From assembly GCA_965153285.1 (NCBI GenBank), contig OZ229111.1: 64,000 bases of DNA. One strand, 5' to 3'. The DNA comes from Podarcis tiliguerta. Its lineage: Eukaryota. Below the pieces are notes generated by a model, which did no database searches, was not told the DNA's origin, and saw only the letters and a program-made list of their open reading frames with translations. The position numbers and the translations under genes are program-made. Of the stretch, positions 22,728 to 36,975 are shown one piece after another (positions within the stretch are counted from its first letter, which is position 1; each line of letters begins with the position of its first letter).

Positions 22728-24532
22728 CCTCTTTATTTGCTTTTCCTCACAGCAATGCTGCCTACAAAGCGGTAAGAGGCAATACTAAGAAAAGAGGTTC
22801 TGAAAAGTAAAATATAATCCAAGCACAAATGCCAGGAAAAACCAAAACCATGACCTTTAGGGAAGGGAAGAGTCTTATTGGTGGATTGCTGGCTTTCTTG
22901 AAACTTGTTTAAGCTCCTGTGGTTTACTCCCTGAAGGATTAAACAAATCCATATTTACCCCCATATTACTCTATATTAACTCACTGTATAAAGGGGCTGT
23001 CAGCCCCACAGAACAGAAATGCTTTCACTAGAGCTCGGTGTGCCAGAGAGTACGTTCAATTCTAAACCCAAATATCATAAAGATCCCCTCACCAAATTAA
23101 ACATGCATACACCACACATACACACTTCAAAAAACAAACATTAGCTAGAATATAATCTCAACAGCCAAATGCCCTACACTCAAATTACTATATAAACCTT
23201 TGGCAGTTTTCTCTCACATGAATCTACAAACAATCCTGGGAGCTGTAGATTAGTAAACAAGACTGAGTTATTGGTTATAAAGATCCCAAGCATTTCCATC
23301 CCTCAAACTATTGTTTGTGCTTCCCAAAGTTCTATGGGGATATGGGATGACTATTAAGCTGGTTTAAATCTAGTTATGATAGGATTTTGTTGCTGAATGT
23401 TACCACCTCCTTCGTGCCACACGTATAACCTTTCTGCAATACATACCTAAAAATCACTGTCAACTGTTGCTACTGTTCTTTGCCCACTCTGTGAATTATA
23501 ACTTTTTGAAGGTGCTGACTATTTTCTGTCAGGCAGGCAGCCCAGCTTCCCTCACACTTCCTCACACTTGGGAACTACACTTCCCAAGGTTCCTCAGGCT
23601 GCAAGCCACGTCCAAACCCACTTTTTGTTTCAGCGTGGATATGCCTTTAACTGGAACTGCCTGCAGTGCTATGGGCAAAAGATCATGCAACCAAGCGAAA
23701 AGAAAATGAAACATTAGGATTAAATAATACAAATACTGCCTGAGCAACTGAGAGGAGGCAGCTGTATCGCCTCAGGCCCTTCCCCTACTGAGAACTGCCT
23801 CAGGTTTCAAATTCAGCCCCATTCTGAGAGAACACAAATGGCAGCAACAAAGAGCCAGGAGATCCTGAGGCTTCTGGCGTGGCAGAAATAAAGGAGTCAA
23901 ACCAAAACGCAGGTTACAGGACCTGATCCATACCTGCACCTGTGTTGATAAATACTTTAAGTCAGGGGTCCCCTGCAGGCCTCGAGCCCCTTCTATTTTT
24001 ACCTGCAGGAGGCATTTTCAACCATTCGGCCATTTTCCTTTCTTCTTCCCAGAATACCTCTAGGAGGACTCCCAAATTTATTAGGAAAGGAAGAGGGTGG
24101 GGCAGGTGGAGGCCAAGAGTTAGCTTTGCCTCCCAGCCAAACCGTCTTAAATTTGGGGTGGAAAAGAGAAAAACACTGAAAAGAAGAAAAATATAATTTT
24201 TAAAAGAGAGAGAACTGTCACTGTCTGGTAAGAAAGAAAACTGTCACTGCATGGTAAGGTTGTGTGTCCTTTCCTTTATGTTTTAGATTATTGGACAGGC
24301 ATTGTGCTTGGCCTACTGTGTGTCGTTTGATGTGTATGGTTTTGTCTGAGTGTGTTTTGCTTGTTTTGGGAAGGAAGGGTGCTGTTTGCCTAGGAGTAGT
24401 TTCTTCACAAGGGCATTTCTTGGGTCCCAGAAATAAGGATTAGTCCTGTGCAAATAAAAGAACCAGGAAGGGTCAGAGTCCTTGGAGGTTGCCCATGGCA
24501 ACATACATGCCCATCCCACCAAATATCAAATA

Positions 24533-24708
24533 CCGTATTTACTCAAATCTAATGCTCACCTTTTTTTGGCTAAATTACGCTGCGAAAATTAATGTTAGAT
24601 TTGATGGCACCTTTACATTCGCCAGCAAATACATTTTTTTGGTTTCAAGGTTCTGAAAATTGAGGTGCACATTAGATTTGATGCCGCATTAGACTTGAGT
24701 AAATATGG
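24533..24708. mobile_element. Tc1/mariner (Tc2-like) MITE
   Basis: TA TSD; TIRs CCGTATTTACTCAAATCTAATGC / GCATTAGACTTGAGTAAATATGG. Confidence 0.85.
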
Positions 24709-25369
24709 TATTGCACTGGCAAAAGAACCTCAGACTAGCAGCAGTACATCCCCAATATCGAGCTAGTCTGCACAGAAATTCTCATATGATTAAGGGAGTG
24801 TGATTAAGGGAGTAATATAATAGCATAGTCTTGATTAGTAGTGCTGACCATTTTGGAACAACATAGGCAAACCTTTACTTTTTATTGTGATTTTGCTGAC
24901 AGATTAATTGACGCAGAAGTTGTAATGAGGTTTTTAATAGAGGCAGTGTTTTTGAGTACATACGATCTATCAAACGCTATGTGAATAGGTGTTGATGAAA
25001 GCAGTATGTTTGCTATTTGCAAACACCAAACTGGCATGAAATACTAAGCTGAGTTTTGAGGGGAAAACCTAAACAATAATTAAAATGTGAAATGTGAATT
25101 GTATGTTGAATTAAGCTGGGGGGGTGTGGGGGGGTGCGTGCACACACACATATGTATATGCACAGCAATGTTGTTGTTCAGTAGGTGGCACTGTGAACTG
25201 GTGTTGACAATAATTCCTCTATATGTTTCAAATTCGGTAATCCTGACATGATGAGGAAATGACATCTTTCCAGTATTCAAACTAGTGACTCTATAAAGAT
25301 ACTAGGGCTGGCATACAATTGTTCTTAATTTAATTCCTTCAGGGGAAGATGCTATAGCTAAATAGATGG

Positions 25370-25530
25370 AGAATTTAAGGTGCATACAGAAGGTCACAGA
25401 CTCCATCCTTAGCCACTTCAGGTGGGGCTTAGAAAGACCCTTATCTGAAACCATGGAGACCCATTGCCAGTTATAGAGAGTTCTCAGCTAAACAGACCAA
25501 TGGTATTATTAGATGTACGGTATTTCCTTG
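25370..25530 (+). mobile_element. Degenerate Squam3-type SINE
   Basis: agaaagacccttatctgaaaccatggaga...agaccaatgg matches the family body. Confidence 0.5.
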
Positions 25531-28500
25531 TCTCTATGATTACGAGTCATGAGGTCCCAAGCTCTTGGAATGGTACTACTTCAGAATCCATGTGAGATAT
25601 TGCATGTTGGAATTCTCCTCCATCTCCTGCCCCCCCCCCCCAGGTTCTTGTGCAAATCAGGGCATCCCACAGACAGCTGTTGTTGTTTGTTGTTACAGAG
25701 GAAGTGTTCAAACATACAATTCGCTACCTGTTTTCTAAGATGGGGAAGCCCTAGAAGAGCAGTGCAATGTGAGAGTTCCAAACTTAACTCTCAATTTATG
25801 GAACAGGATCCACCAGCATGAAGCACACCTAATAAAATTGAATTATATATAGCGGTGATAGATTTTGCGTGAAGTTTCCTCTCTGAGTCCTTGAGTGCTC
25901 CCACACCTGTTTGGGCACCTGTTTCTCTTGCTCTGCTTAAGTTACAGCATACAAGGCTGCTTTGACTTTGAACCACTGAAAATAGTGAGCCTCTTGTCCG
26001 TTTGTGTTAAACCATGAGGGGGAAAATATATAAAAAGGGGATCAGTTGAAGACTACATTAATACACAGAGTGGGAAAATAAGCTGAATAATTCTATTGAC
26101 TTTATTCTTTTAAACACATGGTCTGAAAAAATACTATACATTCCCATCTATTTATGTTAAACAAGCTCATACATTTTCTTCTGTTGTTACTGCCAGTTTT
26201 ATAACGAGAATAAATTCAAGCGACTGCAGACAGGTTCCTCTTTATCTGCAAAGACATTGAAGTCAGAAAGCATAGATTTCTGAAATGGACCTCAGAATGC
26301 AGTATTTCTTTGGTTGTTAAAAAAAAGAAAAGAAAACAAGCATAATATAGTATAGGTATAGGCACTCATTTCTGAATGACTAGTTACTGACCACACAGAC
26401 AAAATACTAGAATAAAACAATTTTTGTATAAAATATTTTATTTGTCAGTCAAGAGGAATATTAACAAATTTGAGAAACCTGACAGTCTTTCAGTTCTTTA
26501 CAAAACAAAAATCCCACATTTGCTTCTTTGTATTTTAGGTATACATGCGGATATACCAAAACTAGGGAGGATAGAATATTTAATTACAATTGTTCTTAAA
26601 CAAATAAGTCCTTGCATTTTAATCTCTTCATTTTTCTTTAGTTGAAAATAGAATAAGCAGTATATTTAGGGGAAATGGCTGTTTGACTTGCAATGTTTTA
26701 CTCTTATTTGAATGCAGGCATGTTGTTCTATTGTGGTATGATAGATAGGGTAAGGTTTTTACAGAAGTGCTGTTGTCTCACAGAAAAATCCTAATTGGGA
26801 ACAATTGTGGCTGGTGTTTGTTGGGGTCTTTTTTGTTTCTTTGTTTTCTTCCCTGATCATGAACTGCTCTTGCTGCAAGTCCTTTAGTGTGACCAAATGT
26901 GAAAGAGTGCTGAGCTCCTGCACATTTAACACAGGATTTAACACAGGGATGGGGAACATGTAGGCCCTCCATAGCTTGTTGGTCTCCCAACTCCCATAAG
27001 TCCCAACAAGCGCAACCAATGGTCAGGGATGGCATAAGCTAACATCTGGACAGCTACCGATTCCCCATGGCTGCTGGGATTTACATTTTTGGCAGATGCA
27101 ACTCATCATGCAGCATCAAGGAAAGCTGCACTTGCTTAAATTACTGTCTTTCTCTCTTTTTTTTCTCCAAAAGTGCTAAAGTTACAAGAATTCTGTTATC
27201 CTTTACAACTGGACACCCTTAAAGCAGACTATTTATTGCTTAACTTCATCATCTATCGGGTTCACAGTCTTAACAGTGCAATCCTATGGAATACTTCCAG
27301 GTAAGTGCACAGGATTGCAACCTAAGTAATGCTAATTAACCTCCCCCTGCCCCTGCTTTTTAAGAAGCCCAAAACCTACTTGTAAGCAAATCCCATTGAA
27401 ATAAATATGTACATCTTACTACAGAGGTCCAAATTGGCTTTTTGCAAGTTATTGAAGCTGTTGGCCTTAAAACACATACACGCGCTCTCACACACAAAGC
27501 TGAAGAATTGCATACTTGAGTTCAGGTACTTAGTCTTGACTTTCCTAATGATTGCTGATGCCTAAACATGCAGCCACCTTTTGCTTACAGAGACTGGCAT
27601 CTAAGTGAATTTGCATTCAGTACAGCGCTTTCCGGCTAATTTAGTGTTATTGCATATGGGATCAACCTTCAGTGATTATCTGCTTCCCCCACACCAGGAT
27701 AACTTTTGGAACTTAAGATAGGAATTAAACTGATTTTGGCAGGAGCTGCTATTGGTCTACTTAGTTTCACTACTTGCAATAATTTTGTACTCTCTCTCTG
27801 TACTCTCTGGTACAGAGTACCATCACCTCTTTTTTGGTTGTCCATGGCAGCCATTTTGTGCTGCCACCCGCAGCACTTTTTATCAATGTAAGTATCAGAA
27901 CCTCATTTTTTTTAAATAAAAAAAGCATTGACTACTTCTGCAGAACTTAGGGATGCTGCTATAAATAGAAAAGCAGAATGAATATGCTCAGCGCCCCACT
28001 CAGCAACGCTGCCTCTCCATTTCAGTTCATCAAGCTATCAATACTAGATCAGTACTTTGGTGGTATGGAGGTGGTGGTTCTCATTAACCTGCAGTGATAA
28101 TAAGTACATGCTTCCACACTAGTCATTTTCTCTATAGTAAAAGCCATTTGCTTACTCACTTTACAGTATTTGCAAGATTTCAGGTAAATCTCCCCAGCCA
28201 TTTACTTCCATCTTTTTCTAACTGCTGTCCTTCTTTTCTTTTGCTTTTTTAAAGGTGGTTGTAGCTATTTTGGGAGCTTTCATTGCAGTTAGTGCAGTCC
28301 TTTTAAGATCAAAGTTCATGGGTGTAGTGCCTTGCCTAGAGTGGAATGAGTGTTGTAGTAGTAGTGTGTAACCCCACCAGTCACCATTACCTGGCCACCC
28401 TACCACCATGCCTACTACATATGCCTCTATAATCCCTCTTTCCTCTGGCATTTTTGGAGTTAAAACACCAGCCCATTCTGCTACACATTCAAGCCAAAGG

Positions 28501-30299
28501 AGATGAAATGAACAAGGCAGTTGGCAATTTGACCTCATTTTGGTTTGAAAATAGAGCTCAATCATTTAACTTACAACACCTCCTGCCATAGTGGTATTAA
28601 GGGCGGGGGGGGGGGAGACTTTGATGGGCAAATTCATAAGACATTCATTCCTTTGTCCCTGTCAATCAGTGTACACTTAAGGACAAAGAGACAGATTTCA
28701 CATAAATACTTTTGTGGCATAGAAACTCTTATGAGGAAAACAGTAGTCAGGAAAAACTCCCCAGTAGCAGCAGAAAGAGTAGGCATTCTAGTCCAGTGGC
28801 GGGAGGGGGGATTTTTCCTAATATATCTAACCCTGATTCATTGTGTGCAGACCTCATTTGGGCCATTATCAGGCCAGATTTGTAATTCTACATAAAACTG
28901 CTCCACTTATTTTCAGCAGGGCTTACTCCCAGGCAAACGTATACATAAGATTGCAGATTGAATCTCACTAGTGCTTGGGTAGCATTAGTTCTAAAGCATC
29001 CAAGCTTCCAGCTTTCATTTTGGTAAATTCTACAAAGCAAGAAAAATTCTGTTTTAGCAAAAGCTTGTTTACTTTAAAAGAAAACAATGTTCCATCTATT
29101 GTACTAATAATCCCTAGATGAAATATTTCCATAGTTTTCTGTGAGAACCAGTACATCTCTTTGTCAGATTTCATGCAAAAATAGTATTATTACTTTTAAA
29201 GTTTACATTCATGTCATAGTTTATTTACATATAGATCACCAGTTTGTGCTTTTCACAGATGGAAAACAATAGTTTATAATGTTCAAGTTAATTTGTTTCA
29301 TTCAAAAAAAGAAACCTGTTAAAAGATAGAAGCTGCTTTTTTGATATATGCGATAATAATCAAATCCAAGATATTGACAAGATACAAGATTTTACTGTCA
29401 TTACCAGTCATGTGCTGCAAAAATGTTTGTAAAGGAATTGCAGCTTCTTTTCATGCAGGATACGCTGAAAATCCTCATTTGACTGCAGGGTGATTTGTCA
29501 AATAAATAGGTCCTAAGAGTGCTTTTTATTTCACTTGTATATGCTTTTTGGCTCTATGATAGTTTATGGGGAAGACTTTAGCAACAGGTATTCATAATAT
29601 AAAACTATGTAATATTATTTTAAACCTGCAGTAATGACTGAGTGTAAATCTGCGATGGGCTGAACCAGGGCCTAAGTAAATTATACAAGTTTATCAAATT
29701 ATGCAAGTTTATCACTTTGATGAGGTTCCAAAATGAAGAGATGACGTGTGTGGAAAATAGATGTCACTGACCAGGAACAAAACCTCCATATTGTCTTACT
29801 TCACCTCGTATCAAATGCGGTGCTTTTCTGGTGGACACAGTTCACACAATAACCACAAGTCATCAAGTGATGAACATGCATGTATGAACCAGCTAACACA
29901 GAGATTCCCTCTAATAACTAAGAACACAACTCATCTTTAAATACTGTGCATTTCCTTAGTTAAGTTCTAGGAATGTAGAACCAGCTTGCTTCATCTTATC
30001 TGCTCAGGGTCATGGGGCATGGCCATTATTCCCATCCCTCCTACCAGAACCTGAGGTGAGCTAGATCAGGCTTCCCCAACCTGGTGCCCTCCAGACATTT
30101 TAGACTAGAGCTCCCCTCATCCCTGACCACTGACTATGCTGGCTGGGGTGGATGGAAATTGTAATCCAAAACATCAGAAGGGCACTAGCTTGAGGAAGTC
30201 TTCCTTTGCCCACCTAAGCACCTGATCTTTGGATGGTCTTGCCTTGCAGAGTGATAACTGGAGAGGATCACCATTTTTGTTCCCTTGCCCTCAAAATTC

Positions 30300-31560
30300 T
30301 TTAGTTTAATTAAAAATATTTATATACTAGCCTTCAGGTAAAAAGAGCCGGAAGAAAATACCTAATACAATAAAACTCAGTTTTAGAAAATCAAATCAAC
30401 AGAAGTATAATAGTGCATATTAATAACCAGTAGAACCAATAAAATGTCACTTAAAGCAATCTACACTGGACATGTATTAAAATAATAAAAACAGTATTCA
30501 ACAGGTAGCAGAATACATCAGTCTGGGGAGGACATTCGACATACGTAGTGCCACAACAAAGAAACCCTCTCTCTGCTCACACCTAACTTAAGTGACACAG
30601 GGAGGATCTCTTAAAATGATCTCTAGTGGTAATAAAATTTTGGGCAGACTTTTGTGGGAAAAGGTGACCCTTTATGGACCCAGGATCATTGGCCATCTAA
30701 GCAATTTGAATTGTGTCCAAAGCAGAGGCAGTTAAGAGAAGTGATATGTTCCATAAGGCTAATCCCAGTAAGTACTGAAGCAACTGAATTTTGAACTAGC
30801 TGAAATTTTTGAGAAATCTTCAGAAACCTTTGTAATGCACTGTAGTAGTATAAACTGGAGGTTACTAGGGCATAAATGTGGCTGTTCTACCTCTGTTGAG
30901 GAGTTGCAACTAGCACATCATCCTTAGCTGGGAACACTGTATGCCACAGGTGACACTTAGGCTTCCAGTGATAGTGTTGGATGATTGCTTCCAAACTATG
31001 AACCTGATTCCTTAGAGGGAATGAAACGCCACCCAGAACTGGTTCAACAGCACTTCTGTGCTCAGACAAACCATTCACCTCTTTCTTGTCTGGAGCCAAT
31101 GAATGATCCATACCAATTCAGCACTTCCATTGCTTCGTCTGGAAGTGGAGCTCTATGACATCAGTTTGTTGGCAGCACCTCACTCTTAAATCCCTGAATG
31201 GTGTTGCTAAGCTCATGTATGTATTTAAGAAAAAAGAAGACAAGATGGAAACATGGGGACCCCATTGTGTAAATACCACAGGGCCCCATAATGCAAATGC
31301 CACCTTCTGGAACTGATCATCAAAGTAGGAGTGGAACCACTGAAGTATAGTACAGTGCATCCAACCTCCAATGGAGAGAGCCTGTCCAGTTGGATACTGG
31401 ATACCAGATGGTTGCATAATCCACCAAGAGATCCTGGGTCACAATCCCCCGTCCCTTTTCTCAGCATAAATCAGCAGCCAAGGCCGTCTTGGTGTTTGAC
31501 TGAAACAAGATCTATATCATCAGTATCATCCAAGAGTGTCAGCAGCAGAACTGTTTTAAT
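30300..31560 (-). mobile_element. Degenerate L2 LINE reverse-transcriptase/3' fragment
   Basis: Frameshifted RT-like peptides (LLLTLLDDT, GVPMFPS, EPVLGGVSFPLRNQVHSL) plus an L2-like 3' tail. Confidence 0.6.
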
Positions 31561-34464
31561 GGGCTCATAGAATGGGTGTGTAACAAATAGATAAATCCCA
31601 TTATTATGTATTCTGAACTTGGTTTAATTCTAGTGCTTTTGATGATAAATTGACCTATTATTTTTCACTGTAGTTTGCAATCCGATTCAGAGTATATACA
31701 AAATCCTGGCTTGGCTGGCCAAAGGTTGTTGACTCTGTTTTGATTAGCATGTCATGATGGCCATGAACTCTGATTTTAACTGGCTGGGGTGTTGATCTTT
31801 CCTGCTGGCATAACATCATAGCAGGTGCCATTGTGCCAATCTGTTGCCCTCCAGACATTGATGCACCTCCACCTGAGTACCAGCAAGCACAACCAGTGAT
31901 CAGAGATGATGGAGCTCATAATCCATCAATACCTGTAGGACAGCACTTTGTCTACCTCTCATCTATTACATTATCTTTTTAGGATCAGGTACTAGTGCTA
32001 GTACAAAAAACTCTGATAGGAAATAATATTCCCACTAGCAATAGCCTTTGGTGCAGTAACATCGTAATCCCGTGATTATACCGGTGGAATGGTGCATATC
32101 CTAAACTGGCATATGCACATTTGCTGATATAGGAAAGCTTACAATTTATTTAAACCTAGTTCGTTTTCTGATTTATGCTTTTATATGTCTTTCTTTAAGT
32201 ACTGACCACTCGGGGTATGCATGTTTACTCGGTAAGGTGTCCTTCTTGTATTCTGGGTACAATGTAGGAACCACATTCATTCATTACAATTATGGCATTT
32301 TATTTTGCCTTTATAACTTTTAAAAGCACATGGCCATGTGGGCAACCAGCACAGCAGCAATGGGTTCTTCTAATGTACTTGTTTCATAGGTGAGGTAAAA
32401 GGGTGATGATTGGGTGGGAAGGACCTGTATGATGCTTAACTCAAGTGCTGCCAGGCTCTTAAATGTTGCAGCATGAATGTGGCATAAAGCCAGGAGTAAG
32501 TGGCTCTCATGCTACTGTCATATCATATAAAGGGCACCTAAAGTTCAAGGATGCATACTCCCTAGTAGTCTTTGAATCCAGAGGCAGATATCCATTGCAA
32601 ATGACAGGCAGATAGCAATCTGTCCCTAGGCCATAGTGTTTGTCCTATTTGCCTAACTGTGGTGTAATACAACTTGCAATATTTAGCAAGCATATAGGGC
32701 CAAGCTCTAGCTTGGCTCCTTTTTCTGCAGCAAACAACAAACTTGTGTGGGTTTGTGTATATTGAACAACATACACAACTCAGCCACTAGAGTGGGCAAT
32801 TGTGGTTACTGGGATTTTCCTTATGATGGTTTAAGGAATTGCAATTCCTCAATGAAGGGAAATGCACAATTGACTTTTTTTTCTTTAAGAAAATATGCTA
32901 GAGCCAACCAGTGTTAACTATTTTAAGAACTCTTGGTTTCACTAGAAAATATCTAAGATTTAATAAAATGCTTGTCTAACTGAAATCAAAGAGAATGAAA
33001 TGTGGCTGGATCATACCCAAGGGGCTTTGGCTGGATCCTGCCCAATATGTTCCTATGTACTGCTTCAAGTAAAAGTTCAATAAATATCTAAGTAACCTTT
33101 GTAGATTGTAAATTGGGGCCATGAGAGAATTTTAGAGCCAGTGCCAACTACAAATCCTCAATTTCATATAGACCTGCTTTTAATCTGTGGGCCAGTTTTC
33201 TCCAGTGTTTATAGCTCAGGGAAGTAAGCATTTAGAAAATCATTCCCAAGCAATGCCTTAACCTAAATGAAAAGAACACACACAACAAAGTTGTGTACCT
33301 TCCTCCTCCAATGAATATGAAAAGTACGTGGTTTAAAAATCTGCTGTAAAATTGCAGCCTAGTATTCAAGTGTGGATCTAACAGTGCAGTCTATACATAG
33401 CTACTAGAAGTTAGTCCCATTGAGTTCAGTGAGACTTATGCCCAGGCAGTGAAGCCTAAATTACTGGCTTTAATTCTGCTTTTGCACTGATAGAACTACA
33501 AAATGAACCTGGATAATCAGATAAGTTTAAGCATAAAGTGAAACCTTTGTAGCTGGGCTATCAAGAAATCAGAACAGGCATTTGAAAACTACAAAAGAAG
33601 TACTTTTTGTACTGGAAGTACTACTTCAAAAATGCAGTCACTTTTGAAATCTTAACAGTTTGTTCAGAACAGACATTAATTAACCAGGCTCAGCATAAAC
33701 ACTTGCTCATTAATTCGCTGTCTCTCTAATTTAAAAAAAATAATCTTGCAATCTTAAGTTCACTTTGGTCACCCTTCCACTTGACTGATTTAGCAGCTCC
33801 ATGTGGATAAATCATTTAACACCATAGTTATTGGTAAGATGATATGGAGATAGTAGGTCTACTTCAGCTCAAACAAGCCCAAGACTTCTTGATGTCTCAT
33901 GGATGGTTCAGATGTCCTAAAACCTCCTAGGTTTCCTCATGGAAAGAGTAACAACTAAGCTGATCTTTCCTTATATCAATAAATGTGAGCATTGTGGCTC
34001 ATTAGGGAGCTCCAGGTGCAAAAAAGACAAGTTACTGATCCTTGAATAGTGATATATATGGAGAAATTCAGCAGGTGTCATGCAGACTACAGATGCTAAA
34101 ATTCCCTCTTGTATACAGAAAGCCTTCTTTTGAACCTTGCCATCCTATTCACCACCTTTCAGCTTTTCCACTCATGCTGATCTACATCAGAAGCAGCTCC
34201 TGTATTAATATGGTCACAAGCTTCTTTCTCCATACAAGGTGCTGTGTGTTGAGAACTTTAGAAAATCTGAACTATGTCTGGGGAGACTGTTTCAAGAAAG
34301 CCATATAATCTGTTAGCACTGGATTTGGTTCTATGGCTGTGTTCATATAGCTATGGCATTTGAACTCAGACATTCACCTAACCCTGCCACTGCCACCACT
34401 GAGGAATAGTTGTGCAGGAAGGGCCAGCCAAAACAATACACTCCCTTATAAGGAAAGATCCCAA

Positions 34465-34890
34465 TATTTAGGGCTTTCTAGTTTGGGGAAAAGGCAAATA
34501 TGCATCCATAACAGAGGTGTATGCAATTATGCATGATGTGCAGAAAGTATATATAGAAAAGCTTTTCTTCGATGAAGTTGAATGTTGGAAGTTTCAGGAA
34601 ATACTACTTTTGTGCATAGTTAAATTGTGGAATTCACTACCGCAAGATATTGATGGCCACCAGCTTGGATGGCTTTAAAAGAGAGACAAATTCATGGAGG
34701 GTAAAGCTATCAATGGCTACTAGTATTGATAGCTATGACCTACCGCCAGTGTTAGGGATACAAGTAGGAATGGTGCTGCTACACTCATGTTGCAGGATTC
34801 CCATGAACACCTGGCAGGCCACTGTAGAAACAGAATGGTGGAGTAGACTGGGTTTAGGTTTGATCCAGCAGAGATCTTCTTGTGTCCTCC
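34465..34890 (+). mobile_element. CR1 LINE 3' fragment
   Basis: gtagttaaattgtggaattcactaccgcaagat...atggccaccagcttggatggctttaaaagag, then ...ctgatccagca. Confidence 0.75.
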
Positions 34891-35384
34891 TGTATGCAGG
34901 TACTAGTACTAACTATTCCAGGGCTAGGGAACCTGTGGCCCTCCAGATGGTGTTGAACTCCTGAGTCCCATCAGCCTCACCCAGCATGGTCAACTGTCTG
35001 GTGTGAATGGAGTTTTAGCCCAGCTGCAGGTTCCCCAACCCTTGAATCAAATGACTACTTCAGAGCAGAAAACTATATTTAAGGTAGTCAGACATGGCCC
35101 CTGCACCTTTAGTAGTTGCATAAGAGAGAGGGAACTTCAGCAGGTCCTATCAGCTCTGACTACTGGATGTGCTGGCAGATGGGGCATTGGGTGTCCAGCA
35201 CCACCTGGCTTGCCCACAGATTCCCCATTCCTGATCTACTTGCAATTCCTGGGCATCATAAGAAGGCTTGTGCAGGTTCTCCAGAGCAAGCGTTAGTTTC
35301 TCCACTGAAACATGGAATATTTATTTAGGCAAATTTCTAAGGTGTTGGCCTAAAAAAAAAATGGGAACAGGCTCTTTTTCTACA

Positions 35385-35396
35385 TTTATTTTTATT
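35385..35396 (-). terminator. Candidate ACSL6 polyadenylation signals (tandem AATAAA)
   Basis: + strand tttatttttatt gives two AATAAA on the minus strand, about 1.4 kb after the stop; U-rich sequence lies downstream. Confidence 0.4.
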
Positions 35397-36834
35397 ATTC
35401 AGTCAAGTGAATCCCTCTCAAGGCCATTGTCAAGGGAGTGAAGCCTTTACTGCTATTCGCTCAGAAGTGCCTGCTGTCGGAATGCATGAGAATAAGAGGT
35501 GGGGACATGGAGTAGATGCAAGCCTGGTGGAAGAAGAAGCTGGGAGAAGCTGCTTTAAAGTCAGATGATGTGGCCAAACAGCTGTTTGTTAAGTCTTTGC
35601 ATCCTCTTTAAATTATTTAAAGCCAGCTCAGTTCTCCTGAAGTGCACCGCTATAAAGTGCTGCAAAGGGAAAGCTCTGACTCAAAATCCTATTCTATTTG
35701 GAATCCACTGGGGTGGTGGGGAGTGGAAGCTGCAAAATTATGCAGCATATTTATACCAACTACCCTTCTGTTTTGCAAGTTGCTGTCAGGTAGCTGCCAC
35801 AACACAAGGCAGTCAGTTCTTTAAAAGGAACAGCCCACAGAGATCCCTTGCTAATTTCAGAAACATCCAAGACACAAGAAATACAAAAAATTCCAAGGCC
35901 TGTAACATTTCTGATAGTTCTGGCAATTACAGGTTAGCATTCACCCAGCATGTGCCACTACACTGTATTAAGTAGGCATGAAATCCAAAGCTCTTCCTAC
36001 TTCGATACATATGAAATCCAAACTCTTCCTCCCATCTGTTCTTTTTGTGAAAGGCTCGCACAAGGTGAATTCAATTTATGTCTTGCAGGGAAAGCATAAG
36101 TGCTACCACTTAAAGAACGATTAAACAATTCCAGTTTTAAGTTCTACATCAGGGTAACAGATTTATTTCTGGCTTTGAGCATCCAAGAACATTGAGGTAG
36201 ACCACTAGTCTTTGTCAGATATCTCGCTGAGTGGGACCCTGGTACTTTTAAGAGCTCAGTTGCAGTGAGGAGTTCTTGGCCACATATGCACGCAGTAGCA
36301 GCCAAGGGTGAAGCTACACCACACGAAGGAAGGTGCTGTACCATGCTAAGGAAGGTGTGTGCATGATGTGCAACCTGGGAACTGCTTGCTTCTAAAGAGT
36401 TCTTAATGGTACCCATACAGAGAGACATCTGGAAACCCTATCACATTATTGAATCATCCAGGAGCTTAGAGGAGTGTCATAGAAAATGGGCAGGTCCAGT
36501 CTGCTTTTCTTTCCTGTTTGCTAAGGGATCTTTGTTTATGTTTTTGCAGGTATTAATAACAAAGGTGTCTGTAAAAGGCTTTCAGAAGGAGTGGGATTGA
36601 AAGTAGCTTAACGGTTGTCCAGTATGTTTTTAAGCAATCTTCAAGAGCATCCATTACAACAAGAGGAACTAGAACTAGATGGTAAAAGAATTACTCAGTG
36701 ATGGTGTCTTCCGACAACAGAAGGCTCGCGTGGAAGGTCAGATGCTTATTCGTTTCAACTGCGCCCTTTTCACGTTTCAGTATTATCCTAATGTTGCTAC
36801 AGAGTCCATTATTCTGAAGAACTTTCCCCTGGTG

Positions 36835-36975
36835 TCAGATGGAGATGCTTGAATAAAGCTCTTCTATCTGTTTCTTGAAAAATTCTCTCAGCTCCGGTCT
36901 CCTAGCTTTTAACGTAGGTGTCAACAAACCATTTTGTACAGAGAACATTTCGGGGTAGATGTAAACAGCTTTAAC
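36835..36975 (-). CDS. ACSL6: ACSL6 terminal coding exon ([26 protein letters not shown]...YSSISI-stop)
   Basis: 141 nt ending in TGA at 36837-36835. Confidence 0.95.
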   Translation of the reverse strand, partial: VKAVYIYPEMFSVQNGLLTPTLKARRPELREFFKKQIEELYSSISI

